Notes under the pieces: generated by a model
Seen by the model: only the letters and a program-made list of their open reading frames with translations
Database searches by the model: none
Told to the model about the DNA's origin: nothing
Part shown: positions 17,042 to 27,500 of the stretch, piece after piece
Layout of the letters: the number at the start of each line of letters is the position of its first letter
How positions within the stretch are numbered: the stretch's first letter is position 1
Origin: an uncultured Candidatus Saccharibacteria bacterium
GTDB lineage: Bacteria; Patescibacteriota; WWE3; UBA101185; UBA10185
Length of the DNA stretch: 52,072 bases
Direction of reading: 5' to 3'
NCBI GenBank assembly: GCA_964590955.1
Contig: CAZPYT010000002.1
Coordinates: forward strand, 1 to 52,072
Position numbers and translations under genes: made by a program

Positions 17042-18233
17042 ACCTGTTGTGTACTAGTGTAAAAACACCCACGGCGAGTAGAATCACGGTAGCAATGTAA
17101 TGAATCTTATAAATTCCCAGCCATATTGTTAGCCAAAGTAAAGTGTAAATGCTGCCCAGAACTGGTTTTCTATTTTTTAAAAGTTTGGCTAAACCAAAAA
17201 GTGGGATTAGATATATACATAAATCTACTGTCAGTGTGTGCACATTTATTAGGGGAATTAACAGAATAATCCCAATTAACGCATGCAAATTATTTCTTTT
17301 TGCGTAGAAAACCAGAAGAGAAATTGCGTATATGATAAATCCAAGAGAATATCCCAGTTTGTATGTCAAATCCATATTTTTTGTTAGTGCCCAAAATACA
17401 GAAATTAAATTATAATTTTGCTCCAGCTCAGTCCCATAAGCCAAGCCTTCACTATGAAATACAAACGCAGGATATACAGTTATAAAATTTACTCCGAAAA
17501 TCAAAATATTTAATCCGATAAAAGCTAAAGTTCCTAAAATAAATCCTTTAACAAACTCGGCTTTTTTGTCTGTTAGCACAAGTATTATAGGTGCAAATAG
17601 AATAAATTGCGGCTTTAATAGTAAAAGGGCTGAAATTCCGCCTGCATAAAATTGGTTTTTGCGATTTATAACCAGCGCTGATATAAAAATAAGAGTCAGC
17701 AAAAATGATATCTGTCCCATAGATATGTTTGCGTATATTGGTGGAAATAATAAAGAAAAAATGACCAAGCCAGCTACAGTTTTGGAACCTAGATTGAAAT
17801 ATTTTGCTAAAAGCCAAAACGTTAATATTAGCAATGTAAAATTTATAAAAGTTAACATGTAAAACGCATCATTTACAGAAAGAAAAGTCAGCGGTATATA
17901 CAAAAAAGCTGTAATAGGGGGTACCCGGAAAGCCAGCATGCCAGAGTTTAGTGTGAATGGTTCTGCCAGTTTGCGCTGTGTATTATATTGGGTTTCGTAG
18001 TCATATAGAAATCTAACGTTTCCTTCTTTAATGATTGTTGCCCCCGTCATGTACATTAAAAAATCATTAGGATTATGTTTATATTCACTTAAGTTGTAAT
18101 TCTTAAAAGGTATTACAATTGTAATTAATACTGCTGCTGCAATAAGCATCCCAAATACATACAGTATATCTATTGTTTGTTCGACTACCTGGGTTTTGTT
18201 AATTCTCGGCATATATATGGGTGATTTTTTCAA
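17025..18233 (-). CDS. polytopic membrane protein, DUF2029/GT87-like glycosyltransferase
   Basis: 402 aa, about 10 TM segments, LLLKPQ-type loop motif. The family call is tentative. Confidence 0.45.
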   Translation of the reverse strand: MKKSPIYMPRINKTQVVEQTIDILYVFGMLIAAAVLITIVIPFKNYNLSEYKHNPNDFLMYMTGATIIKEGNVRFLYDYETQYNTQRKLAEPFTLNSGMLAFRVPPITAFLYIPLTFLSVNDAFYMLTFINFTLLILTFWLLAKYFNLGSKTVAGLVIFSLLFPPIYANISMGQISFLLTLIFISALVINRKNQFYAGGISALLLLKPQFILFAPIILVLTDKKAEFVKGFILGTLAFIGLNILIFGVNFITVYPAFVFHSEGLAYGTELEQNYNLISVFWALTKNMDLTYKLGYSLGFIIYAISLLVFYAKRNNLHALIGIILLIPLINVHTLTVDLCIYLIPLFGLAKLLKNRKPVLGSIYTLLWLTIWLGIYKIHYIATVILLAVGVFTLVHNRFTQEE

Positions 18234-18984
18234 ATTTTGAAGTTGTCGTAATTGGCTTTCCTGACAGTTCTCTGATTTGTTTATACCCTAACTCATTTAG
18301 AAAGCCGATACACTTGGTATAGTTTTCCTCATTGTGAATTTCTAAAAGAATTTTAGGCATAAATTTTTTGACTGATATTTTACTTCCCTCAAGTACTTTC
18401 GATTCATATCCTTCCACATCTATCTTTATAAAATCGAGCTTGTTTATATTATTTTTAAATGCAAAGTTATCGAATGTTTCTATGTAAAAAGTACCTGAGA
18501 TTCCGTTTTCGTAATTAACAAACCCTGAATCTTTTAAGTTAATCATCCCGCTGTCGGCAAAAATATGAGCTTCTGCTTGTTGTGGCTTGTCTCCCAGCGC
18601 TACTGAATATACCTCAACATTTTTATACGCATTTTTCTTAACGGATTTTTTTATGCACTCACAATTTTCTACAATTGGTTCAAAGGCATAGACTGCACCA
18701 TTTTCACCGCAAAAATTTCTCATGGCCAAAGTAATATAACCAACGTGTGCGCCTACATCTAAACACACATCCCCACCCGATATCTTATTATGTAAAAATT
18801 CAACCTGATCTCTTTCATAAGTACCTAATACTTTTTTAATCCCATGCCTGGGAGCAATGAAAATATACTTTCCGGATAATGGCCCCGAGTATATTTTGTA
18901 ATACTTCGGCTTTTTAAAAAAAATATTTACAAACTTATTAAGCAAATTACCAAACATAACGTTATTATATAAGGTTTTTGTCAT
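18199..18984 (-). CDS. FkbM-family SAM-dependent methyltransferase
   Basis: CLDVGAHVGYITL, AFEP, ALGD, IDFIKIDVEGYESKVLEG are characteristic FkbM (Methyltransf_21) blocks. Confidence 0.8.
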   Translation of the reverse strand: MTKTLYNNVMFGNLLNKFVNIFFKKPKYYKIYSGPLSGKYIFIAPRHGIKKVLGTYERDQVEFLHNKISGGDVCLDVGAHVGYITLAMRNFCGENGAVYAFEPIVENCECIKKSVKKNAYKNVEVYSVALGDKPQQAEAHIFADSGMINLKDSGFVNYENGISGTFYIETFDNFAFKNNINKLDFIKIDVEGYESKVLEGSKISVKKFMPKILLEIHNEENYTKCIGFLNELGYKQIRELSGKPITTTSKFEKITHIYAEN

Positions 18985-19024
18985 CTGGGCTTTAGGTTAT
19001 AATTTGTGGTGGAACAAACCTTCT

Positions 19025-20530
19025 ATGCACCTAAAAATTAAGTCAAATTACAAGAGTTATTTTATTGCTGTTGCGCTAACCATATTCTTTTCATTATTTT
19101 TTATGGACAAAATCAATCTTACAAATGCTGATATTGGCCGCCATTTAAAAAACGGTGAACTTTTTATTAAAGAAGGAATCATAATAAAAACAAATTTTTA
19201 TTCTTATACACAGCCTGATTTTCCGGTAGTAACTCATCATTGGTTTTCAGGTGTAATATTTTACATTGTATCGGTTTTATTTGGATTTTCAGGGCTGTCA
19301 CTTTTTTATGCTTTATTATCAGGGCTTACTGTATATATTGTTTATCTGATTGCAGCCTCCCGTTCAAAGCCCTTGATAGCGATGTTGTTTACCTTGACCC
19401 TTTTGCCTCTTATGGCCGATAGACGTGAAATCCGCCCTGAGGTTTTCAGCTATTTACTGCTTGTAGTATATTTTTATCTTTTTGATAAATTGTCAAAAGG
19501 TAAAATTAGTTTCAAAAGATTTCTGCAGCTCATTATTCCTTTACAATTACTGTGGGTAAATACTCATATATTTTTTGTGATGGGTTTTATGCTCGCCGGC
19601 TTATCTCTATTAGAAGACCTAATCAAGAAAGCATCTTTAAGCTCAATAAAGGAAAAGGGGATAATATTATTGTTTCTGGTACTGATAAGCTTGTTTAACC
19701 CATATTTTTTTAGCGGTCTATTAGAACCTCTTAATATTTTTAAAGAGTATGGGTATCAGTTGATAGAAAACGCCAGTCTATTATTTTTACAGAAATTTGC
19801 ACCAACGACTAAATACTTTGTTATTGAAATCTTGGCTCTTTTTACATTTCTCGTTACGGTAAATGTTGCATTTACTAATAAAATTAAATCTTATTTTACT
19901 ATTATAACCATTGTAACTGTATTTTTAGTGTTATCTTTTAAAGCCATTAGAGGTATACCTATGTTTGCTATGTTTTTGGCTCCTCTTTTTTCGCAGTACT
20001 ATTTTGACAACCTTTCAAAAAATAATAAAGGGCTTATTATACTAAACATTATTTTAGGTTCACTGCTTCTTGTAAAATTCTTACCTCACAATTTTGGATT
20101 GGGCTTACTTCCAAAAAACAATGCGTCTGCGGAATTTTTTCTCTCAAACAATATTCAGGGGCCAATTTTTAACAATTATGATATTGGCGGATATTTAATT
20201 TATGCCTTATATGAAAAAGAGCTCGTTTTTGTAGATAACCGCCCAGAGGCTTATTCGGTAGAGTTTTTTAAAAAAACCTATATCCCAATGCAGGAAAACG
20301 AAGAATTGTGGGAAACTCTGCAGGAACAGTATAATTTCAATGCCATCTTTTTTAATCGTCGTGATATAACAAACTGGGCTCAGGCTTTTTTAATTAACAG
20401 AGTAAGAGATGATGTTTGGGTACCTATTTACGTAGATGACAACACTATAATATTTATAAAAAATATTGATCAGAATGCTGATTTGATTTCAAAGCACAAG
20501 TTGCCAAAAAATTATTTTGTAGTAACCTAA
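19025..20530 (+). CDS. large polytopic membrane protein, probable GT-C-fold glycosyltransferase (paralogue B)
   Basis: Paralogue of 15533..17041. The track starts at TTG 19004. TATAAT at 18998-19003 overlaps that codon, so I prefer ATG 19025 (MHLKIKSNYK). Confidence 0.6.
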   Translation: MHLKIKSNYKSYFIAVALTIFFSLFFMDKINLTNADIGRHLKNGELFIKEGIIIKTNFYSYTQPDFPVVTHHWFSGVIFYIVSVLFGFSGLSLFYALLSGLTVYIVYLIAASRSKPLIAMLFTLTLLPLMADRREIRPEVFSYLLLVVYFYLFDKLSKGKISFKRFLQLIIPLQLLWVNTHIFFVMGFMLAGLSLLEDLIKKASLSSIKEKGIILLFLVLISLFNPYFFSGLLEPLNIFKEYGYQLIENASLLFLQKFAPTTKYFVIEILALFTFLVTVNVAFTNKIKSYFTIITIVTVFLVLSFKAIRGIPMFAMFLAPLFSQYYFDNLSKNNKGLIILNIILGSLLLVKFLPHNFGLGLLPKNNASAEFFLSNNIQGPIFNNYDIGGYLIYALYEKELVFVDNRPEAYSVEFFKKTYIPMQENEELWETLQEQYNFNAIFFNRRDITNWAQAFLINRVRDDVWVPIYVDDNTIIFIKNIDQNADLISKHKLPKNYFVVT

Positions 20531-20560
20531 AAAATCGTGTAGATTATTTAGTTACAATAT

Positions 20561-20650
20561 GGAGGGATGCGGGAGTGGTTTAACCGGCTCGCCTGGAAAG
20601 TGACGCGTCTCGAAAGGGACACGGGGGTTCGAATCCCCCTCCCTCCGCCA
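20561..20650 (+). tRNA. tRNA-Ser (anticodon GGA), CCA encoded
   Basis: Acceptor GGAGGGA/TCCCTCC, anticodon loop CTGGAAA, extra arm GTCTC-GAAA-GGGAC, T-arm GGGGG-TTCGAAT-CCCCC, G + CCA. Confidence 0.85.
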
Positions 20651-20853
20651 GTGGAAATGTCCGATGGGGGTACTACTAAAAAATCCCATAAATGTTCAAA
20701 AATGTTGTATGAGCTCATTATCTGCACGAGGCGCTTGAACTATGAGCCATAAGCATTTATTTATCCTTTTTAGCCTTTAGTTTTATCAGGGCTACTTTAA
20801 ACCAACTATATATCTTTTGGTTTCAACGATAAAACTTTGTTAAAATTAAATTC

Positions 20854-21183
20854 ATGAACACTAGAAACATGGTAATTTCATTGATTATAATAATAACCAC
20901 AATTTTATTGGTATATTATTTGTGGAAAATGCCTCTGATTCTCATATTAAGTTTACTAGTGATGCTACTTATTAAACATGCGCTAATTCCATTGAAAAGG
21001 GAATTTACTATGAGTGTTATTGCCGGTGTTATAGGTACTGCTGCTGAAAGCGCTGCTATGTATGCAGGCCCTTGGGCTTATGTCGCCGCCGACGTTATGA
21101 ACTTTCCTATTTGGTTACCTTTTTTATGGGCTCTTGCGGGTGTCACCGGTATCTCAATTTATCAAAGTATTACTAAGGACTAG
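20854..21183 (+). CDS. small membrane protein, hypothetical
   Basis: 109 aa with 3-4 hydrophobic helices. TAAAAT (20841-20846) lies 7 nt from the ATG. Confidence 0.55.
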   Translation: MNTRNMVISLIIIITTILLVYYLWKMPLILILSLLVMLLIKHALIPLKREFTMSVIAGVIGTAAESAAMYAGPWAYVAADVMNFPIWLPFLWALAGVTGISIYQSITKD

Positions 21184-21196
21184 TCACTTATAAAAA

Positions 21197-21238
21197 AAGA
21201 GACTCGATTTATAATCTGTGCGAGTCTCTTTTGATTTT
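21197..21238. terminator. bidirectional terminator
   Basis: AAGAGACTCG (21197-21206) pairs with CGAGTCTCTT (21221-21230). A-run before and T-run after, between convergent genes. Confidence 0.7.
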
Positions 21239-21240
21239 CA

Positions 21241-21621
21241 CTACAAAGTAGCTTTTATCTTTTTCAGCCGTACTTTTTCTTCTGTTGCTAACTTTGGAAC
21301 AGCTGTCTCCAGGGTATCCAACCACTGCCCAACCGACATAACAGGATCTGACCATGTTCTTAATACACTTTCCAAATCCTCATCTGTTGCCAATTTTAGT
21401 GCCGGCATCCAGAGAAATGCAGGAATAAGCCAAGGTTTCTTTATTTTCTCCGCACCAAAAAATGCTTCGGCCGTAAAATATGTAAACAATGCTATTTTGG
21501 ATACGGTCACTATGCCGTCTGTATTGAACACAGTTACCGGTGAAAATACTAATCTACGAGTTCCATCTTTCTTATGCCATACATAGAGCAATCCCGCTTT
21601 AATTATTATCCTTCTAAACAT
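21241..21621 (-). CDS. hypothetical protein
   Basis: 126-aa ORF with GGAGG 7 nt upstream. Preferred over the overlapping plus-strand ORF 21218..21586, which has no start signals. Confidence 0.5.
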   Translation of the reverse strand: MFRRIIIKAGLLYVWHKKDGTRRLVFSPVTVFNTDGIVTVSKIALFTYFTAEAFFGAEKIKKPWLIPAFLWMPALKLATDEDLESVLRTWSDPVMSVGQWLDTLETAVPKLATEEKVRLKKIKATL

Positions 21622-21685
21622 TTTCTAGCCTCCGTGGAAAGTTTGAGAAGATACTAGCACCTTTATTTATGTCGGTCAAAACGTG

Positions 21686-22363
21686 TCAATATAGGAGTGT
21701 GCTAATTATATAAAATATTACAAACTGTAGTGGATATAGTACATAAAAGATATAACCCGTCTTTTTTCCTTCCTTTTTGTTATATGTTGCTATTATTGCT
21801 AGAGCTGCCAGTGCTAAAGGCTGTGCGAGCGTGACTTCGTTAATGGGATAAATTCTTAGCCACATAAGTATAGGTCCTAATAAACAGTAAACTAAACTTT
21901 GAGAAATAACTGTCCAGAGCAGGCTATCTTTGTATATGTAAAAAAAGACTATTGATATGATTCCCATTGCCCCGTAATCCAGTTTTAGTAAATTTGCTGC
22001 AAGCATTGCGACGGTAATTACTAAATAATGTAGTCCAATATCTTGATATTTTTTTATTGCTATTACGCATAACAAGCCCAGCGCAAGAGTGAAAAGGATG
22101 TTTGGCGAAAATTCCATATAACCCGTTTTAAACAACATAAGACTATAAAATGGCTGAGATATTAATGCGAAAAGCAATAGACGTTTCAAATATTTATTTA
22201 CATTTTGAGTATATTCTGCGCCGTTTACTATCATCCAAGCAAAGAGGGGATATGCTAGTCTGCCAAGTGCGCGCATCCACAACGCCTGAGGAAAAAAGAA
22301 CAGTCCGACATGGTCTACTATCATAAATATATAAGCAAATATTTTTATGTGAACTGTAGCCAT
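21686..22363 (-). CDS. TraX-family membrane protein
   Basis: LKIFAYIFMIVDHVGLFF N-terminal motif and a polytopic profile typical of TraX (PF05857). Confidence 0.65.
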   Translation of the reverse strand: MATVHIKIFAYIFMIVDHVGLFFFPQALWMRALGRLAYPLFAWMIVNGAEYTQNVNKYLKRLLLFALISQPFYSLMLFKTGYMEFSPNILFTLALGLLCVIAIKKYQDIGLHYLVITVAMLAANLLKLDYGAMGIISIVFFYIYKDSLLWTVISQSLVYCLLGPILMWLRIYPINEVTLAQPLALAALAIIATYNKKEGKKTGYIFYVLYPLQFVIFYIISTLLY

Positions 22364-22368
22364 GGTGA

Positions 22369-22917
22369 TTAATTTATTGCCGGTTCAAAAGTTGTATCCG
22401 GATGTTCCTTTGTATATCCCAGAAACTTTCTAACTGAATTTAATTCAATAAAGACAACCGCAAAATCATAACTTCTCGTAATGGTAATTGTGTGTTTCAC
22501 AAATTCAAATCCCTTGTCCTTGTACATAATAGTGTTAAGTAAGTCCCCCATGTTAGAAGAAACACGGTCAAATTCTTTGAAACCGGGCATAAAATCTGCA
22601 TAATAGCTGCCAATTATATCTGCATCAAACTTTTCATTTTTGCTTTTTTTTTCAACTTCCCCCAAAAAGCGTGTTTTTATATCTGCTGCAGGTTTGCACA
22701 CAAAAAAAGTGTATAAAATCGGATAATCCTGCAAATTTTTGTTTGGTAAATAAGGCAATACTCTTTTAATAAAGTGTACTTCATATTGTTTTTTATTGAG
22801 CTTTAGAGGAGTTTCCAGCCTTTCAAAAAGCTCGTTATTCTCAGGCTGAATATCTGAATTATTTATCACTCTACCGAGAAATGCCTGTGATTTTTCTGAT
22901 AATTCGGGAATTTCCAT
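22369..22917 (-). CDS. hypothetical protein
   Basis: The track ORF starts at GTG 22932, but TATAAT (22924-22929 on the minus strand) lies inside that extension, 6 nt from ATG 22917 (MEIPELSEK). Confidence 0.5.
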   Translation of the reverse strand: MEIPELSEKSQAFLGRVINNSDIQPENNELFERLETPLKLNKKQYEVHFIKRVLPYLPNKNLQDYPILYTFFVCKPAADIKTRFLGEVEKKSKNEKFDADIIGSYYADFMPGFKEFDRVSSNMGDLLNTIMYKDKGFEFVKHTITITRSYDFAVVFIELNSVRKFLGYTKEHPDTTFEPAIN

Positions 22918-22976
22918 TACAATATTATACACTGCGGTGATTCCTAAAACCTATAAAATGTGATATATAATGCTTA

Positions 22977-24719
22977 ATGGATACAGTTTCCCAAATCAAA
23001 CAAAAGATCGATATTACGGATGTTATTGGTGGCTATGTTGGTCTAAAAAAAGCTGGTAGAAACTACAAAGCGCCATGTCCGTTTCACAATGAAGATACCC
23101 CGTCGTTTATGGTTTCTCCCGAACTGCAGATTTATAAGTGTTTTGGTTGTGGTGAGGGCGGTGATATGTTTAACTTTGTTCAAAAAATAGAAGGGGTAGA
23201 CTTTTCAAAAGCACTTGAAATATTAGCTGAAAAAGCCGGGGTGGAAATTGACCGGAACGCTGTTGATCCGAACTATAAGAAAAAATCAAAGATTTATGAA
23301 ATTAATGAGCTTACATCTACCTTCTATCAGCACCTCTTACTTAAGCATCCTGCGGGTCAAAATGCACTCGAATATCTGACAAAAAAAAGAAAATTAACAC
23401 CGGCTACAATTAAAGCTTTTAGAATAGGCTATGCTCCTGAAAAATGGGATTTATTGTACAAATTGCTTTCAAAGAAGGGATTTTCCGAAGAAGATATTTA
23501 TTTGTCCGGGTCTATAATATCCCAGAAAAAAATTGACAAGTTTAGAGGAAGAATTATGTTTCCGCTTGTGGATATCAGCGGAAAGATTGTTGGGTTTACA
23601 GGCAGAGATATTATTGGGCGTGATCCGAAGTACTTAAATTCACCTGAAACATTGGTTTATAACAAGAGCTCTTATTTATATGGTCTTGACAAGGCTAAAG
23701 TGGAAATTAAAAAGAAGGGGGTTGTCTTAGTAGAAGGACAAGTTGATGTTATAAAAGCTTATCAAAACGGTATAAAAAACGTTATTGCATCATCCGGTAC
23801 AGCCTTTACTATGGCTCAATTAAAAATATTATCAAGGTATACTCACAGTCTGACTTTTTGTTTTGACCCCGATACTGCCGGTATGGCGGCAACGGCTCGT
23901 GCACTTGAGATTACAAATCAGCTGGACTTTGAAGTGACTGTAGCTCTTATTCCCAAGGAATATGCGGATTTGGATGAATATATTACTGCTTCCCCTTCTG
24001 ATGCAAAGCTGGCTCTTAAGGATGCGGTTGGCATATATGACTTTTATCTTGTACATGCACTTAAAGAATTTAACAAAGATGACCCGTATGGAAAGAAAAA
24101 AATTGTTGAGTATTTAGCGCCGATTTACTCAAGAATCAGTAATAAAGTAGTACAGGATCACTATACGAAAAAAGTAGCTGAAACGCTCAAAATTGCAGAA
24201 GATGCTGTCAGATCAGGCTTAAAATCAGCTCCGATAGAAAAAAAAGCCGATAAAGATGTCCAACAAGACATTCTGACTAAAGCAAAAAGATCGCCCTCAG
24301 ACTATTTGTTATCTCTTTTTTTGAAATCAGATCTTGACACTATAGGGCTGTACGTGTATAAATTGGACGCACAGTATTTTGTTTCAGACAGAAATAAAAG
24401 CATTTTCACCGAATTAAAGAAATATATTGATAGTAAGCCCGATAAATTTGATATAGAATATTTTACAGGCGGTTTAGAGAGTGAACTCAGAGAGGATGCC
24501 AGAGAAATGTATCTCTGGGACTTTGGAGATTTGCCCTCACGCCAGGATTTATTTGTCAAAGAAATAGATGCAACCATTGACCGCCTTCATAAAGAGGCGA
24601 CAAAAAATGAGTTGAAAAACCTTACAGAACAAATAAAGCTGGCTGAGATGGAAAAGAATTCTAAAAAAGTCAAGGAATTATCGGAGAAATTCAAAAAGCT
24701 GTCGGAAACATTATTGTAA
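22977..24719 (+). CDS. dnaG: DNA primase
   Basis: Zn-finger CPFHNEDTPSFMVSPELQIYKCFGCGEGGD, TOPRIM EGQVDV..DPDTAG. Confidence 0.95.
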   Translation: MDTVSQIKQKIDITDVIGGYVGLKKAGRNYKAPCPFHNEDTPSFMVSPELQIYKCFGCGEGGDMFNFVQKIEGVDFSKALEILAEKAGVEIDRNAVDPNYKKKSKIYEINELTSTFYQHLLLKHPAGQNALEYLTKKRKLTPATIKAFRIGYAPEKWDLLYKLLSKKGFSEEDIYLSGSIISQKKIDKFRGRIMFPLVDISGKIVGFTGRDIIGRDPKYLNSPETLVYNKSSYLYGLDKAKVEIKKKGVVLVEGQVDVIKAYQNGIKNVIASSGTAFTMAQLKILSRYTHSLTFCFDPDTAGMAATARALEITNQLDFEVTVALIPKEYADLDEYITASPSDAKLALKDAVGIYDFYLVHALKEFNKDDPYGKKKIVEYLAPIYSRISNKVVQDHYTKKVAETLKIAEDAVRSGLKSAPIEKKADKDVQQDILTKAKRSPSDYLLSLFLKSDLDTIGLYVYKLDAQYFVSDRNKSIFTELKKYIDSKPDKFDIEYFTGGLESELREDAREMYLWDFGDLPSRQDLFVKEIDATIDRLHKEATKNELKNLTEQIKLAEMEKNSKKVKELSEKFKKLSETLL

Positions 24720-24728
24720 TTATTTAAT

Positions 24729-26087
24729 ATGCCAAAAACTATAAAAAAAGCAAAAAAAACTAAAGAAGCCAAAAAGTCAAAGAGAAAAGTAGAAGAAGAG
24801 TTGGACACTACGGAAGATTTTGAGAGTGTTGAAGATACAGAGGAATTGGATGAACCTGAAAAAAGATCCCCAAAGCTGGATCTGAAAGAAAAAAATATTA
24901 AAAAATTAATAACTTTGGGTAAAAAGCAAGGCTATATAACTTTAAATCAGATTTCTGACCTGTTTCCAAACGCAGAAGACGACATTGAAACTTTGGATTT
25001 CCTTTACGAGAAATTGCTCGATGCCAAAGTAGATGTGTTTGATGTTGAGTCAGAAAAAGAAGCTGAAAAACTTTCAGAAATTGAAGAGCTGGATTTAACC
25101 AAGACAAAACTTGATCGAAGCGTTTCATCAGACCCCGTAAGAATGTATCTGAGGGAAATAGGCAAAGTTGATTTATTGAAAGCGTCAGAAGAGGTTAGCC
25201 TTGCAAAAAAAGCTGAAATTATCAGATATAGAGAAATTGTAAAAGAAATCCAAAAAAGATTAGGTCGAAAACCAAGTTCAGAGACAGTCGCAAAAGAGTT
25301 TGGAGTGACAAATAAAGAGATTTCTGAAGTTGAAAAGACCGCCTCAAAGACATCAGACTACGAATCACAAATGGCAGCTGAAATGCTGGCAAAAGCTAAT
25401 TTGAGATTAGTTGTTTCTATCGCTAAAAAATATATGGGTCGCGGATTGCATTTTTTGGACCTTATTCAAGAGGGAAATATTGGTTTAATGCGTGCTGTAG
25501 AAAAATTTGACTGGCGACGCGGTTTTAAATTTTCCACTTATGCTACATGGTGGATTAGACAGGCTATTACCCGTGCAATTGCCGACCAGGCAAAGACAAT
25601 TAGAATTCCGGTTCATATGGTAGAGACCATAAATAAATATAAAAAAATTGAGCGTGAATTGGAACAGAAATTACAGCGCCCGCCCACTCCTGAAGAAGTC
25701 GCAAAAGTCATGGATATTGATGCAGTAAAAGCCTTTGAAATAGAGAGAATCTCTCAGGATACCACCTCTTTGGAAACACCTGTGGGTAAAGAAGAAGACA
25801 CTCGTTTGAAAGAATTTATTAAAGATGAGGTGACTGTGTCGCCGTTTGATTCTGCCAGTCAAGAGTTATTAAAAGGGCATATTGAAGACGTTTTAGAAAC
25901 TTTAAATCCAAGAGAAAAAAGGGTTTTAGCATTGAGATTTGGGTTGAAAGATGGCAGAACCAGAACTTTAGAAGAAGTTGGGCGCGAATTCGGTGTTACC
26001 CGAGAGCGTATTCGTCAAATTGAAGCTAAAGCTTTGAGAAAACTAAGACATCCTTCTAGAAGTAAGCGGTTAAGAGATTATTTATAG
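24729..26087 (+). CDS. rpoD: primary RNA polymerase sigma factor
   Basis: [65 protein letters not shown]. Acidic/basic N-terminal extension. Confidence 0.95.
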   Translation: MPKTIKKAKKTKEAKKSKRKVEEELDTTEDFESVEDTEELDEPEKRSPKLDLKEKNIKKLITLGKKQGYITLNQISDLFPNAEDDIETLDFLYEKLLDAKVDVFDVESEKEAEKLSEIEELDLTKTKLDRSVSSDPVRMYLREIGKVDLLKASEEVSLAKKAEIIRYREIVKEIQKRLGRKPSSETVAKEFGVTNKEISEVEKTASKTSDYESQMAAEMLAKANLRLVVSIAKKYMGRGLHFLDLIQEGNIGLMRAVEKFDWRRGFKFSTYATWWIRQAITRAIADQAKTIRIPVHMVETINKYKKIERELEQKLQRPPTPEEVAKVMDIDAVKAFEIERISQDTTSLETPVGKEEDTRLKEFIKDEVTVSPFDSASQELLKGHIEDVLETLNPREKRVLALRFGLKDGRTRTLEEVGREFGVTRERIRQIEAKALRKLRHPSRSKRLRDYL

Positions 26088-26152
26088 GAAAAAGCCGACG
26101 TAGTTGAATTCATAGTAAATACAACCTTTGCAGCCCGCCCCAGAGCTATAGG

Positions 26153-26181
26153 TTGACCTGTCACGCATAATGATATATAAT
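26153..26181 (+). promoter_or_regulatory. near-consensus sigma70 promoter of the GC-rich cassette
   Basis: TTGACC (26153-26158), 17-nt spacer, TATAAT (26176-26181). About 30-nt leader, then AGAGGAG. Confidence 0.6.
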
Positions 26182-26214
26182 TTATCACAAATCTAATCTA
26201 TAAGAGGAGTGATC

Positions 26215-27213
26215 ATGAAAAAAATCTCGTTAGTTTTGATGTTGTTTCTGTTTTTGTCGAGCACCGCGTGCGCGGGATTTACCCAGCCCGAACCCTATAC
26301 CTGGCCTGAAAACGAATTCGGTCCTTCTGGGGTATCTCAAGATTTGTCACAGAAAGAGCTAGAAGAATTGTTTGAGTCTCTGACAACCGATTGCCCAGAG
26401 TACGATGGCACCTATATGGAAACCTTGTTAGTACTTGCTAACGTTTCGGATTCAGAGCGGGAAGCTGCGGCTGTAAACATTTGCCAAAGCAACAAGCTGA
26501 TTAATGACGGTACCTTAATGGTAGTTGCAGTTGCCACAATCCCTGCTTTCATAGAGCCTACCTTTTTGGGGGAAGCTACTGTGGGTGGGATCTATATTGG
26601 GGGGCGGTTGACGGCAGTTATCTTGGTACATGGAATGCTGGGTATTGCTCTTGCAGGTAGCATCTTCGGAGATGTAATACTTGATGAGCTGTCTGCCCCT
26701 GCACTTCCTCCATCAATGCTATCTTGGGACCCTGAGAATAGTCCGGAAAGTATTCCAGATGAAGTAGTCAATGATATTGCCGGACCGAGGCACCACGCGT
26801 TATTGCGAGAACACGTAACTGCAAAGTGTACTGCATGGCTTGCAGGCAAGGTTACCCCTCACAAAGTGTATTGGTCTGCAAACGCTCTGAACAAAGGTGT
26901 GGATGTTCCTTCCGTACTATTTGCATGGAATGTAGATCGCATGATGAAAGAGATTAGCGATGGCGACTTTGGAAATTGCTCTGATATAGACGAGCTAATT
27001 ACTCAGGAGTATAGTGATGGTAGAAGCAACCCAGGTCGCCAGGTATATCTGATCCTGATAATGCGCCAGAACAAGTTTGGTTTGCGTGAGCTTGTTGCTA
27101 TTACAGCGTACCCTGTGGTAGTGGACCTTTTTCCGGCGCACTTGTGCGAGTGGAATTACACCTTACAACTTTACCCGGTCGTGAAACCCATTTGTGGCGG
27201 TCCGCCCCTGTAA
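26215..27213 (+). CDS. secreted hypothetical protein with a central hydrophobic hairpin
   Basis: Start moved to ATG 26215. Signal peptide MKKISLVLMLFLFLSSTACA|GF, and two hydrophobic helices around VVAVATIPAF..AVILVHGMLGIALAGSIFG. A hand-counted sample (26281-26340) is 53% GC. Confidence 0.55.
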   Translation: MKKISLVLMLFLFLSSTACAGFTQPEPYTWPENEFGPSGVSQDLSQKELEELFESLTTDCPEYDGTYMETLLVLANVSDSEREAAAVNICQSNKLINDGTLMVVAVATIPAFIEPTFLGEATVGGIYIGGRLTAVILVHGMLGIALAGSIFGDVILDELSAPALPPSMLSWDPENSPESIPDEVVNDIAGPRHHALLREHVTAKCTAWLAGKVTPHKVYWSANALNKGVDVPSVLFAWNVDRMMKEISDGDFGNCSDIDELITQEYSDGRSNPGRQVYLILIMRQNKFGLRELVAITAYPVVVDLFPAHLCEWNYTLQLYPVVKPICGGPPL

Positions 27214-27233
27214 AGAGAAGAAAGGAGAGTTCG

Positions 27234-27491
27234 ATGCATTTTCTTGTGCCATTGAAAGGCACTAACCGTTCAGACTACTATCGTGTGGCTGTGAGAAATG
27301 GTGGTTTGCAGGATTTGGTTAGGTGGCTAGTTGCACAACGTAAAAATGCTGGAAGCTTGTTCTATCAAAAGGACTTTTGGGAACCAGTTCCTGCTTCATT
27401 ACCTGCACCGAGCCCTCCAGAGTTTTCCGCTGATGCTGATTTTTTCGTGTATCCTTATTTAGAACACGCAGTCGGTAGCAGCGAGAATTGA
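27234..27491 (+). CDS. small hypothetical protein (85 aa) co-transcribed with 26215..27213
   Basis: ATG 27234 is preceded by AAAGGAGAG. The track ORF 27144 start overlaps the upstream gene. Confidence 0.45.
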   Translation: MHFLVPLKGTNRSDYYRVAVRNGGLQDLVRWLVAQRKNAGSLFYQKDFWEPVPASLPAPSPPEFSADADFFVYPYLEHAVGSSEN

Positions 27492-27500
27492 TATATGCCA

